Shown: positions 1 to 9,561, counted from the first letter of the stretch. The stretch is DNA of 64,000 nucleotides from Thermoplasmata archaeon (GCA_049300255.1 JBAQJJ010000030.1:24531-88530), one strand, 5' to 3'. Numbers and translations: made by a program. Notes: generated by a model from the sequence alone, not told the origin.

Positions 1-92
1 ATTGGGACCCCGATCCATCGCATCCACTATCTTACTACCCGAATCTGTTCCTCTACCCGGCCTACAGTGGGCGATACACGTGTGTCGGCCGA

Positions 93-2972
93 ATGTTCCT
101 CTCGACCGAGGACCGACCGCGCCTTGGCATGAAAACGCTCGTGCTCGACACGGCGCAGTTGCTCGAAGGCGGATCCTTCGGTCCACAGGTGCTGCGCTGG
201 CATGCCTCAATGGGCGGACCCCGACCCGAGAATGTGCGGATGGCGCCCGATCCAGACCCGAATCTCATACCGACCGTCGGCGAGGGATTCCTGTTTCATC
301 GAGGCTCGACCGATCCGGTCCTTGCGGTCGTTGGCTCGGATCAGTGGGAGGCCACGACGCAGGCGATCCTCGAGTTGGTGCGACTACTTCCGACTTCTCT
401 GGTCGCCCTCGGTGCCGTGCTGATCTTCCCGTACTTCCTACCCCAACCGAAGACTAACCTGCACGAACTGACGGAGGCGATACCGTTGGCCATCGCCGTA
501 ATGCGGGTACCGAAGGGGGAAGCCCAAGGCGATCGGCACGAGAAGCGGATCAACAGTTGGGACTCGGCGCCCGTCACGCTGCGCGACCTCACCAAGGGGA
601 TGCCGGCGCCCAAGGGACGCGAGACCACTCCGATGGTCCTCCAGTACGTTCGCGACCATCAAGAGGATAAACTCGCCCAGATCGCGCAACGCGTGGACCT
701 CGTCGAGGCACCGCGTCTGGTCGAACATCTGTCTGATCCCGACCGCCAGTCGGGGAAGGATCGACGCAAACAGATGTGGCGGATCGGTACGGCCATGGAA
801 AGCGCGGCCCTGCTGCTTCAGCGGCCTCGGGGCCGCCAGATCCCAATGAGCACGGAGACCGCGCGACGCGCCAACGAGTACTTACGCGTTCGAGCGGACG
901 ATATACCGGCGGAGCTACGCGCTGATCGCTCGGTGGCGCCGCCCCCTGCCACGACGGCACCGGTGTCGGGGCAGCTGCCTCCGTGGTTGCAGCGCGCCGG
1001 CGAGCCAACGGCCCCCGGGAGGGCCGATCGGGTCGAGGTGATCCCCGTCCCCATCGCCGATGATCCTTCGTTGTATCCGTCCGAACCCACCCCGTCAGTC
1101 CGGGCGGTCCCTCCCGTACCGACGCCCACCGAGAGCGAGCGACGTCCGGCCGCCGGAACCGTAGCTCCGGTGGATATTGCCTCCCTGCGTAAGGAGATCG
1201 AGCGCGACCTCGTGCGCTACGTGGACGAGCGTACGTCCGCCTTCCGCGAACAGCTCGCGACCAGTGGGGCCCTCGCTTCCGAAGGACGCGTCTCCTCGGC
1301 GGTAGACGAGCGGCTGAAAGCCTTCTCGGCCGACGTTGAGCGACAGATCCAGCGGGCCTTGGCCGATGTCGATACGCGCTACACGCAGCGCTTGCAAGCC
1401 GCGTTGAATTCCACCACGACCACCCAGGCGACTCAGGCCGAATCCCTCCGGACGTCGCTCGAGCGACGCCTCGCCGACACCGTGGAACGCGAGAATGCCA
1501 TCGTGCTGAAGATCCAGGAAGAGATCGGTCATCGCCTCGCTGCCCTCGACGAACGCATGACCACGTTTGGAACCTCGGTCGAACGGGAAGTCGATCGTCA
1601 AATGCACGGCGCCTTCGATCCGCGGATCCAGGAGGTCAGCGACTCGCTCAAGGCGGCGGTCAAGACGTCGGGAGACCTGATGGGCGCGCAACTGCGGAAC
1701 GATGTGGCCCGGTCGATCGAGGATCTCAAGGGGCAGTCCGCTCACACGGAGCAAGAGCTGCGGACCACACTGTCCGCCCAATTCGATCTCGAGATTCGCG
1801 CGATGGCTGAGCGCGAAACCGCGTTGCGCGAACAGGTCGAGGCTCGCGTCCGCGAGATTCTCACTCAGCGACTCTCCGAGAGCGATCAGAAACGGACCAA
1901 GGAACTTCGGGAAGCGGAATCCCGAACGGCGGTCTTGCTCGATGGACGCACCAGGGATCTACAGGATCGAGTCACCGCGTCGATCACGGGGCTTCACGAG
2001 CAGATCTCTGCGCAGCAGGAGGAGCAAGCCACGCTCTTGCAGGCCCAGCTTACGAGCGAGCACGAGACTCGATTGTCAGAGGTGGGGGCAGGGCAATCGC
2101 AAGCGATCGCCGACCTCCAGGTCCGGCTTCAATCCTACTTCGAACAGAAGACGCGCGAAAATCAGGAGCTGGAGCGGGAGAAGTACCTCGAGCTGCTCGC
2201 CCGACTGAAGACGGAGGTCGACCAATCCCTCGCGAAGACGATCGATTCGGGTCGGTTCGAATCGGTATTGCGGGACCGGAACGCGCGCGGATTGGAAGGG
2301 GAGCGCCTCGAGACCCAGAAGGTCATCGAGCAGCGGCTTAGCGACGTAGAAATTCGGTGGCGCACTCAGACCGAGCAAGACGCCGCCCGACTCGAACGGA
2401 TGGAATCCAAGGTCGAGCGCAACGATTCGGACGCGCTTCGCCTCGAAGGCACCGTGCATTCGGAGATCGAGGAGCTCGATCGGCGCACGGAGTTACTGTC
2501 GGAACGACTGCTCCCGCTCGTCCGGCGCGCGTGGCTGAAGATCGGCGAGCTCGAAAAGGCGGTCGGCTCGCCTCAGGATACTGAAGCCGGTTTGCGGGAC
2601 CTTCGTCGCGAGTACGCGCGCGAGCTCCGCCGTATCGAGGGCCAGTTCCTCGAACAGACCGGAGAATTGCGCGATCGGCTCGAGACCGCGATCGCTAGCC
2701 AGGGTCGGGTATGGTTGACGCTGGTCCAGCAGTTGAGCCAATTGACGGGGGTCAGTCGGCCGGACGACTCCGGAGTCGGGCGCGTGAATCGGTCTTCGGA
2801 CGACCTCGACCGCGAGCTGGCCGGGTTGCCCGATTCGATCTATCCTCCGCGTGGGAGGAGTGGACGAGGTCCGACCCTAACGGCCGACGTATCCGAGCCG
2901 CTCCCGGAGGGTACGGAAGCGTCGGAACCGGACGCGGATGCCACGGCCCGTCGGCGCGCGCGCCGCAATTAG
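93..2972 (+). CDS. large coiled-coil protein of unknown function
   Basis: 959-aa ORF in the track, with an alternative ATG at 129 (MKTLVLD...). It has a globular N-terminal part, a Pro/Thr-rich linker and a very long E/R/Q/L-rich helical stretch with almost no Pro or Gly. No catalytic motif recognised. Confidence 0.55.
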   Translation: MFLSTEDRPRLGMKTLVLDTAQLLEGGSFGPQVLRWHASMGGPRPENVRMAPDPDPNLIPTVGEGFLFHRGSTDPVLAVVGSDQWEATTQAILELVRLLPTSLVALGAVLIFPYFLPQPKTNLHELTEAIPLAIAVMRVPKGEAQGDRHEKRINSWDSAPVTLRDLTKGMPAPKGRETTPMVLQYVRDHQEDKLAQIAQRVDLVEAPRLVEHLSDPDRQSGKDRRKQMWRIGTAMESAALLLQRPRGRQIPMSTETARRANEYLRVRADDIPAELRADRSVAPPPATTAPVSGQLPPWLQRAGEPTAPGRADRVEVIPVPIADDPSLYPSEPTPSVRAVPPVPTPTESERRPAAGTVAPVDIASLRKEIERDLVRYVDERTSAFREQLATSGALASEGRVSSAVDERLKAFSADVERQIQRALADVDTRYTQRLQAALNSTTTTQATQAESLRTSLERRLADTVERENAIVLKIQEEIGHRLAALDERMTTFGTSVEREVDRQMHGAFDPRIQEVSDSLKAAVKTSGDLMGAQLRNDVARSIEDLKGQSAHTEQELRTTLSAQFDLEIRAMAERETALREQVEARVREILTQRLSESDQKRTKELREAESRTAVLLDGRTRDLQDRVTASITGLHEQISAQQEEQATLLQAQLTSEHETRLSEVGAGQSQAIADLQVRLQSYFEQKTRENQELEREKYLELLARLKTEVDQSLAKTIDSGRFESVLRDRNARGLEGERLETQKVIEQRLSDVEIRWRTQTEQDAARLERMESKVERNDSDALRLEGTVHSEIEELDRRTELLSERLLPLVRRAWLKIGELEKAVGSPQDTEAGLRDLRREYARELRRIEGQFLEQTGELRDRLETAIASQGRVWLTLVQQLSQLTGVSRPDDSGVGRVNRSSDDLDRELAGLPDSIYPPRGRSGRGPTLTADVSEPLPEGTEASEPDADATARRRARRN

Positions 2973-3041
2973 GGGCGCATTTCGGCCCCTCTCGGAGGGC
3001 GGAACAGCCATATCCGTTTCGCAAATTCACATCGTGCACCG

Positions 3042-3227
3042 ATGGACGCCGACCACCACCATTGCAAAGTCTGCGGGAGGGTCTGCGCACCCGATCAAGA
3101 TACCTGCAGCAAGGCCTGCCGCGCGAAACGCGACGCGGCGTTGCGCTCGAAGAAAAACCTGACGTACTTTCTGTATGCAATGATCGCCTTTTTGGTGCTG
3201 TTGGGAGCCGTGAGCTTCCTCCACTGA
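3042..3227 (+). CDS. small zinc-ribbon protein with C-terminal transmembrane helix (DUF2116-like)
   Basis: 61 aa. CKVCG...CSKAC four-Cys ribbon followed by the hydrophobic tail YFLYAMIAFLVLLGAVSFL. Confidence 0.6.
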   Translation: MDADHHHCKVCGRVCAPDQDTCSKACRAKRDAALRSKKNLTYFLYAMIAFLVLLGAVSFLH

Positions 3228-3237
3228 CCGAGGACGC

Positions 3238-3792
3238 GTGGCGCATCGGTATCGAGTCGCGGTCCTCGGCGGAACCTTCGACCAGTTCCACGCTGGCCAT
3301 CAGTCGTTGCTCCGACGGGCGTTTGCGACCGCCGACACGGTCGGGATAGGACTGACGACGGCGTCATATCTCAAGAGATTCCCGAAACCTCTTGCGCGAC
3401 GGATCCAGCCGTATGCCGAGCGGAAACGGGTCCTCGCGCATTGGCTGCGGACCCACTACGGGAGGCATCGATGGTGGATCGCCCCCCTCGGAGAGCCGTT
3501 CGGACGCTCCGTCGGTCCGGGCGTTGATGTTCTGGTGGTCTCTTCCGATACGCGCGCGGGGGGCCGGGCCGTCAACCGAGAACGACGACGTCGGAGCCTG
3601 CCGCGGTTGCCCATCGAGGTCGTTCCATTGGTGCTGGCGAGGGATCACCGTCCGATCGCTTCGCGTCGGATCCGGGCCGGGGAAATCGACCCCCACGGGA
3701 GACGAATTGCGTCGGCGATGAGCCGATTACGGGCCCGGCCGCCCCGGCGGGGCCGCCGCCTGCGCTCGTCGCGAAAGGTTCTTCCGAGGTAG
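3238..3792 (+). CDS. coaD: archaeal-type phosphopantetheine adenylyltransferase (cytidylyltransferase family)
   Basis: N-terminal GGTFDQFHAGH nucleotidyltransferase signature, then the IGLTT...KRFPKP pattern typical of archaeal PPAT. The C-terminal Arg-rich tail is unusual. Confidence 0.6.
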   Translation: MAHRYRVAVLGGTFDQFHAGHQSLLRRAFATADTVGIGLTTASYLKRFPKPLARRIQPYAERKRVLAHWLRTHYGRHRWWIAPLGEPFGRSVGPGVDVLVVSSDTRAGGRAVNRERRRRSLPRLPIEVVPLVLARDHRPIASRRIRAGEIDPHGRRIASAMSRLRARPPRRGRRLRSSRKVLPR

Positions 3793-3811
3793 CGGGTCTC
3801 CCCCCTCACGA

Positions 3812-4033
3812 ATGGAGACCTACCTCCGCGTGACCTTTGACAGTGAAGGCGCCCGCCCGTCGGAGATCGCGGACCGGCTGCGCAGCTTCGGCTTCCAGCC
3901 GACCCAAGGGAACTATGACTTCGTCTACGATTGGAACGGCGCCGCTACCCGGGAACAGCTGCTCGACCTGTCGGACCAGGTCACGCACCTCTTGCGAGGG
4001 TACCGCGTCCTGTTTGAGATCGAGACCGTCTGA
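3812..4033 (+). CDS. small conserved hypothetical protein (paralog of 41597-41845)
   Basis: 73-aa ORF. It shares 32 of 64 positions, ungapped and aligned by hand, with the ORF at 41597-41845, including DSEGA and YDFVYDW. Confidence 0.55.
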   Translation: METYLRVTFDSEGARPSEIADRLRSFGFQPTQGNYDFVYDWNGAATREQLLDLSDQVTHLLRGYRVLFEIETV

Positions 4034-4053
4034 GACACCCCATTCCCCACCAA

Positions 4054-4063
4054 ACTTTTTATT
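4054..4063 (+). promoter_or_regulatory. TATA-like box (ACTTTTTATT) upstream of the 4088 gene; its T-run could also terminate the 3812 gene
   Basis: AT-rich element in GC-rich DNA, centred about 29 nt upstream of the GTG at 4088. Confidence 0.35.
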
Positions 4064-4087
4064 CCGTTCGTAGGTGGGAAGGACACC

Positions 4088-4414
4088 GTGCAGCGGTACC
4101 CGGTCCGGACCAGCCATCGCGGGAATCTAGACCTCACGAGCCTGACACGTTGCATGGAAAGTCTGTTCGAGGGCGTCTCGAGCGACGGCAAGACCATTAC
4201 GGGCCACTTCGGCGCGATCGCATCCATCAAGGTCTGGTCCGAAGGGCGCGAGCTCGCCGTGGACGTTCGCACGGATCCCAAGGTCGCGGTCGAGGTCGCG
4301 CAAGCGACCGTGCAACGGTACAATCGGTTCCTCGAAGAGACCACCGGATATTCCGCCAAGGAACGCGCGCGCCGACTCCGAAAATCCGCGACGGGGGCGG
4401 CCCCCGGAGCGTAA
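4088..4414 (+). CDS. hypothetical protein
   Basis: 108-aa ORF with a GTG start; alternative ATG at 4154. It ends 4 nt before the S2P protease gene. No motif recognised. Confidence 0.45.
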   Translation: MQRYPVRTSHRGNLDLTSLTRCMESLFEGVSSDGKTITGHFGAIASIKVWSEGRELAVDVRTDPKVAVEVAQATVQRYNRFLEETTGYSAKERARRLRKSATGAAPGA

Positions 4415-4417
4415 GGC

Positions 4418-6004
4418 GTGTCGATCCCAGGTGGCGCCCCGCTACCGCCAACAGGTTCTGGAAACACCGAAATCGATCGGATCCGATCGATCGTTGCGGC
4501 CTACTTTCCGGTCTACGAGACCCGGGTAACCCCGCAGTCCCTGCTGCTCGTCGTCCACGTCGACCCGCCGACGCTCGAAGCGAAGTTTGACCAGTTGCGG
4601 CAGGAGCTTACGCGGCGCGACTACATCGGAGCGATCCGCTACGACAAAGGAGAGTACTTCCTGGAGATCGCCCGCCGCCCTCCGATCCGACCATACGGTT
4701 TTTGGGTCAATCTCGCCCTCCTGGTGGCGACCTTCGTTACAACGGTATTCGCGGGGGCGTTCATTTGGCTCGCCTACGTGGGTCAGACAACGCTTACGCT
4801 CGCTGATTTTGCGAATGGCGCCCTCTACTTCGCCGCCCCCGTCATGACCATCTTGGGGCTCCACGAACTCGCGCATTACGTGATGGCGCGTCGCCACCAT
4901 GTCGCGGCTTCGCTCCCGTACTTTGTCCCGGTCCCGCCCCCGTACCTGATCTTCGGGACGTTTGGTGCGTTCATCAGCATTCGCGAACCGATTCCCGACA
5001 AGAAAACGCTGCTCGACATCGGTGCTTCGGGCCCTATCGCCGGATTCGCTGTGTCGATCCCGATCGCCATTGCCGGCATGTTCCTCTCGGCCCATTCGAG
5101 CCCGCCCGCCCTTTCCGCCTGCGGCCCCGTCATCCTGGGCGTACCGTATGGGAACCTGCTCTTTGGCACCTCGCTCTTCTGGGATTTCTTGGCCCTTTTC
5201 ATCCCGGGGGCCAACCAGAATCTCCACCCGCTCGCAATCGCCGGTTGGGTGGGCATTCTCGTGACGGCGATCAATCTCCTGCCCGCCGGCCAGTTGGACG
5301 GGGGGCACGTATTCCGCGCGCTCTTCGGCGACCGCGCCCGCTACGTGAGCTACGCCGCGGTCCTCCTCCTGTTCGGTCTCGGGTTGATCTTCTTCTACAC
5401 CGGCTGGTTCATCTTCGCCATCCTCATCCTGCTGCTCGGCGTGCGTCACCCTCCGCCCCTCAATGATATCAGCAGACTCGATGTGAAACGCTACGCCGTT
5501 GGGGGTTTGGCCCTCGCGATTCTTATCACAGGGTTTGTTGTGGTCCCGATCTCGACCCCGCTCGGGAGTATCGGCATTCCTTCCGCGGGCTCGGTGCACG
5601 TTCCCATCCCGGCCGGGTATCAAATGGCCGACAATCTGACGTTAAATTTCACGAATCAGGATCCGGTGCCGCACGGCTTTCTCTTTTCGACCTCGATCTC
5701 CTCCGTTACCACTACGGTGAACAACCAAACCATGCCGCTCAACGGTACTGCTTTAGCTCGGTTCATTGCTAATTCGAGTTGGATCTTCTACCTGCCCAGT
5801 GGCGTCGTCACTACCGCCGCGAACGCCGGAAACGTAACGATCCCCAGCGACCTCTATTCCGCGGTCGATGGGGGCGCGCATGGCCGACTCATCGCGACGT
5901 ATCTGAACCGTCAGCAAGGAGCCGTCACAATCACGATCACCGTATCGGTGATTTGTCCCCCCAGCGGAGCCACGCCGGTGAGCGCCACGTTCACGGCGTC
6001 GTAG
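4418..6004 (+). CDS. site-2 protease family (M50) intramembrane metalloprotease with extra C-terminal extracytoplasmic domain
   Basis: HELAHY zinc motif inside a TM helix and the NLLPAGQLDGGH second motif. Multiple TM segments. The C-terminal ~140 aa are rich in N-X-S/T. Confidence 0.8.
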   Translation: MSIPGGAPLPPTGSGNTEIDRIRSIVAAYFPVYETRVTPQSLLLVVHVDPPTLEAKFDQLRQELTRRDYIGAIRYDKGEYFLEIARRPPIRPYGFWVNLALLVATFVTTVFAGAFIWLAYVGQTTLTLADFANGALYFAAPVMTILGLHELAHYVMARRHHVAASLPYFVPVPPPYLIFGTFGAFISIREPIPDKKTLLDIGASGPIAGFAVSIPIAIAGMFLSAHSSPPALSACGPVILGVPYGNLLFGTSLFWDFLALFIPGANQNLHPLAIAGWVGILVTAINLLPAGQLDGGHVFRALFGDRARYVSYAAVLLLFGLGLIFFYTGWFIFAILILLLGVRHPPPLNDISRLDVKRYAVGGLALAILITGFVVVPISTPLGSIGIPSAGSVHVPIPAGYQMADNLTLNFTNQDPVPHGFLFSTSISSVTTTVNNQTMPLNGTALARFIANSSWIFYLPSGVVTTAANAGNVTIPSDLYSAVDGGAHGRLIATYLNRQQGAVTITITVSVICPPSGATPVSATFTAS

Positions 6005-7022
6005 GGGCAGGCGTCTTCTCATACACGCGAAATTCTCGGGTCAGACTGCGGTGCACTCGGTCGGATACCGTCATGACGCGGGTCCATGGGAGAGGGATCG
6101 ACTCTTCCCCGCCCGCCGCGATGATCACAATCCGGCCGTTGGGACGAATATGGCTTGCCCAAACCGGCAACGTGCGCGCCAACAGATCCGACACCGGCTC
6201 GCGGCCCGTTCCTGAGGCACGCCCGTAGGGGGGATCGGTGACCAGGGCGTCCCAATAGGCTCCCTCGATCGCTTTCCCGACGGCGGCCGAGTCTCCTACG
6301 GTCATCGACTCTGGAACGAGTCCGACGTGGGCGAAATTCTGGAGCGCTCCGCGCACCATATCCGCGTCTCGATCGATGCCCGTGACGCGGGCTCCCACCA
6401 AGGCAGCTTCGATCAGCAACGATCCCGTTCCTACGAAGGGGTCGACCACTCGATCCCCCGGGCGCACTCGGGCGAGGTTGACGGCCGCTCGCGCCAATCG
6501 AGGGTCGAGGGTCACCGGTCGCTGGAACGGGTACTGCGGTGTTCTCCGGGCGCGAAATCCGGTTCGGTTCACCGAACCTACTTCCTCGAGGGCCTCGGGA
6601 GCCGCGCCACCGGACGAAGCGATCCAGAACCGTCGCTCCGGCTGCCGTAAGTCGATGCGGCCTCCGCCCCGCTTGTACGCTCCCACCCATCGCGGCAGCC
6701 TCGGGTCGGTGTGCTCCGAGTCCGGCGAATCGAGTTCTCGAAACGATGCGGAACCGCCGCGGCTCCCTTGTTCGGCGAACCAAGTCTCAATCGAGCCGTC
6801 GGGGTCTCCGACTTCCACGAGACAGCGACGGGCAAGTGCAAGTCGGTCGGCAAGCGCATTGACTTCGCGGCGCGAGGGCAATTGAACGAGAACTCGATCC
6901 GGCCGAGTGGATCCCTCTGCCGCCGAATTCCCAGCGCCGCCGAGCGCCTCGGCCGCCGCGATCGCTTCCGCCCGTCCGAGTCCAGGATTGCGACCGGAAA
7001 GCTCCACCCATACCGGGATCAT
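5991..7022 (-). CDS. THUMP-domain tRNA (guanine-N2) methyltransferase (Trm11 / Trm-G10 family)
   Basis: SAM-binding VVDPFVGTGS motif and DPPYG catalytic motif. The N-terminal half fits a THUMP-type RNA-binding region. Confidence 0.7.
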   Translation of the reverse strand: MIPVWVELSGRNPGLGRAEAIAAAEALGGAGNSAAEGSTRPDRVLVQLPSRREVNALADRLALARRCLVEVGDPDGSIETWFAEQGSRGGSASFRELDSPDSEHTDPRLPRWVGAYKRGGGRIDLRQPERRFWIASSGGAAPEALEEVGSVNRTGFRARRTPQYPFQRPVTLDPRLARAAVNLARVRPGDRVVDPFVGTGSLLIEAALVGARVTGIDRDADMVRGALQNFAHVGLVPESMTVGDSAAVGKAIEGAYWDALVTDPPYGRASGTGREPVSDLLARTLPVWASHIRPNGRIVIIAAGGEESIPLPWTRVMTVSDRVHRSLTREFRVYEKTPAPTTP

Positions 7023-7513
7023 GTACTAGTACTCCCGAACCACTCCGTCATCCGTCGACGAATCTCCGCCGTGTGGGATCCTTCCCAGTAGAGATGGCCG
7101 CATTCCCCGCAGCGGTAGATTGTAACCCCAGATGTTCGGATCGCGTCCGGAACGTCGGACAGGCTCAGATCGGTCGGAGCCGCGGGCCGCAACTGGCCGT
7201 TACAGCGCGTACACCGCTCGAATCGGACCTGCGTGCGAAGCGCGGGGAACGCGCGTTGCACGGTCTTGAGCTGTTCGGCGAGCTCAGGGCTCGCGATGAG
7301 AATCGCGTCCGGGACGCGGGCCGCGAGGGCGCGATCCCGGGTGACTAGGATCCGACCCTCGTGTTGGGTGCGCTCGGCGATGGCGTGGTCGTCCGCCCCC
7401 CGAACGTAGACGGTATCATAGCCGAGGAACCGAAGATAGCGTGCGAGCCGCCCGACCATTTCGTCCGCCAGCCAACGGGGATCGTCTGCCGGTTTCTCAG
7501 ATTTCGAGAGCAT
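7019..7513 (-). CDS. Mut7-C RNase domain protein (PIN-like domain plus zinc ribbon)
   Basis: LADEMVGRLARYLRFLGYD N-terminal signature. C-terminal CTRCNG...YRCGECGHLYWEGSH zinc ribbon. Confidence 0.75.
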   Translation of the reverse strand: MLSKSEKPADDPRWLADEMVGRLARYLRFLGYDTVYVRGADDHAIAERTQHEGRILVTRDRALAARVPDAILIASPELAEQLKTVQRAFPALRTQVRFERCTRCNGQLRPAAPTDLSLSDVPDAIRTSGVTIYRCGECGHLYWEGSHTAEIRRRMTEWFGSTST

Positions 7514-7536
7514 TTATCCAGGGAACCCCGGGGTCG

Positions 7537-7544
7537 TTTATATC
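7537..7544. promoter_or_regulatory. shared TATA-like element (TTTATATC) in a divergent intergenic region
   Basis: Centred about 27 nt upstream of the ATG at 7513 (minus strand) and about 37 nt upstream of the GTG at 7578. A GGAGG lies 8 nt before 7578. Confidence 0.35.
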
Positions 7545-7577
7545 GAAGGAGCACTCCTCTACAACGGAGGTTCTACC

Positions 7578-8957
7578 GTGCGCTGGTTCGGTACGAATGG
7601 GATCCGGGAGGTCGTGGGCCAAAAGTTGACGACCTCGCTCGTAACGCAGATTTCGAACGCGATTGCGCACGTTTGTCCCATCGGCGACCCAATCGCCGTC
7701 GGCTGGGACGGACGCACCTCGTCGCCGGGATTCGCCCATATCGTATCGGGTTCGCTCGCGATCGGGGGCCATCGCGTCATCGAACTCGGCCTGCTCCCTA
7801 CACCAGCGATCCAGTACAGTGTTCCCCGCGTGGGAGCCCAGTTGGGTGTGATCGTCACCGCGTCCCATAACCCCCCGGAATTCAACGGCATCAAGTGCAT
7901 CGCCCGCGACGGCCTCGAGGTCTCGCGAGAGATGGAGGAATCCATCGAATCCGGGATCGAACAGCAGGTCGTTCCCACCACGGCGTTCGATCAGATCGGG
8001 TCTATTGGGGTAGATTCTCTCGGAAGCGAGCGGTACATTTCCGGTATCCTCCAGCAAGTAGATCGAACGGCGATCCGCGAGCGAAAGTTTTCGGTGGTGC
8101 TGGATTGTGGGAATGGCGCTTCCGTCCCCACCTCACCGACTCTGTTTCGAAGGCTCGGTTGTCGGGTCGTGAGCCTGAACGGTCACGTCGATGGGACCTT
8201 TCCGGGCCATCTCTCCGAGCCGACGGAGACCAACCTGGCCGATCTGTGTCGGGTCGTCCCTGCGGTGGGGGCGGATTTTGGCGTCGCTCACGACGGGGAC
8301 GCCGATCGAGCGGTCTTTGTCGATGCCGCGGGACGCTACATCCCCGGGGAGAAGATCTTGACCCTCTTCGCCAAAGACACTGTCGAACGCCACAAGGGTG
8401 GGGTCGTAGTGACCCCGGTCTCGGCGTCCCAGGCGGTCGAGGAGGTCGTCCGGGCCGCCGGCGGAGAAGTCGAGTACACCCGCGTGGGATCCCCCACGGT
8501 CACCCATGCGATGCAGCGCCGCCATGCGATCTTTGGCGGCGAGGAAAACGGGGGGCTTGTGTTCCCCGAGTTCCAGCTGGCGCGCGATGGGGCGATGTCG
8601 GCTGCGGCCATGTTTGACCTTCTTGTACGGCGAGGGACCGGACTCGCCGAGGCGCTGCGGGGCTTGCCCGAATACACCCTCCTCAAGGAGAAGATCGCCT
8701 GCCCCGTCGACCAACGAACTCGCGCGATGGAGCATTTGAGCGAAGCGGTGTTGAAGGAAGGGGGTCGCGTCGTGACCCTCGATGGGGTCAAGATCCTCCT
8801 CCCTGACGGTTGGATTCTCCTCCGGCCTTCGGGAACCGAGGCGTACATTCGGGTGTTTGCGGAGGCGAAGGCTCCCGCACGCGCCCGTGAGCTCGCAGAC
8901 CTCGGGATCGCTCGGGTCCGTGACACTCTGCAAGAATTAGGTGTCGCGTCCTCTTAG
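7578..8957 (+). CDS. phosphoglucosamine mutase / phosphomannomutase family (alpha-D-phosphohexomutase)
   Basis: Active-site TASHNPPEFNGIK, metal loop HDGDADR and GEENGG sugar-binding loop. Confidence 0.8.
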   Translation: MRWFGTNGIREVVGQKLTTSLVTQISNAIAHVCPIGDPIAVGWDGRTSSPGFAHIVSGSLAIGGHRVIELGLLPTPAIQYSVPRVGAQLGVIVTASHNPPEFNGIKCIARDGLEVSREMEESIESGIEQQVVPTTAFDQIGSIGVDSLGSERYISGILQQVDRTAIRERKFSVVLDCGNGASVPTSPTLFRRLGCRVVSLNGHVDGTFPGHLSEPTETNLADLCRVVPAVGADFGVAHDGDADRAVFVDAAGRYIPGEKILTLFAKDTVERHKGGVVVTPVSASQAVEEVVRAAGGEVEYTRVGSPTVTHAMQRRHAIFGGEENGGLVFPEFQLARDGAMSAAAMFDLLVRRGTGLAEALRGLPEYTLLKEKIACPVDQRTRAMEHLSEAVLKEGGRVVTLDGVKILLPDGWILLRPSGTEAYIRVFAEAKAPARARELADLGIARVRDTLQELGVASS

Positions 8958-9009
8958 GGCATTGAGACCGCAACGTCCGAGGGACCTCCCCGGCCGGCAC
9001 GTACCCAGG

Positions 9010-9486
9010 TCACCCGACGTGGGGCGCACTCCTGTCCAACTTGGTCGGAACCGCTGAAAGCAGGACAAAGTACGAGTAGACGGCCGCAAGGAAAGCCACG
9101 GCCATTCCGTAGGAGTAGGCGTCGTCGGAGAACCCAGTGTACAGAAACACAAAGCCGAATAGGAGCGCAACGAGGATTGAAACCAGCCCGATCGCCGATG
9201 CGCGCACGATCCGGCGGCTCGGCGTTTCCAAGGCGTACGACAAGACCCCTAGTCCGAGGAAGAGGAGGAGCAACGCATTCACGAGGTGCGCTGTGAGGAT
9301 CGGATGTGATCCGTCTACGGCGGCTCGGAGAATGCCGGACTCGGTGGAAGGGAAGCTCGTATCGAAAAGATTGACCCAGATCCCCAGCAGGAATTGGACA
9401 AAGAGATCCGCCAGCACGAACAACGTCCCTTGGCGTACGCGCCGAAAGGCTAACTCGCCCGCGGATGCACCCTCGTCGCCCGCCAT
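9010..9486 (-). CDS. hypothetical integral membrane protein (about 4 TM helices)
   Basis: 158-aa ORF with four long hydrophobic segments. No motif recognised. Confidence 0.45.
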   Translation of the reverse strand: MAGDEGASAGELAFRRVRQGTLFVLADLFVQFLLGIWVNLFDTSFPSTESGILRAAVDGSHPILTAHLVNALLLLFLGLGVLSYALETPSRRIVRASAIGLVSILVALLFGFVFLYTGFSDDAYSYGMAVAFLAAVYSYFVLLSAVPTKLDRSAPHVG

Positions 9487-9561
9487 CGCAAGGTCCTCTG
9501 GGCCAGCGGGGTCCCCGTCCTTGTAACGATGACGCCTCGGAAGCGAAGGACCGACCGGCGC

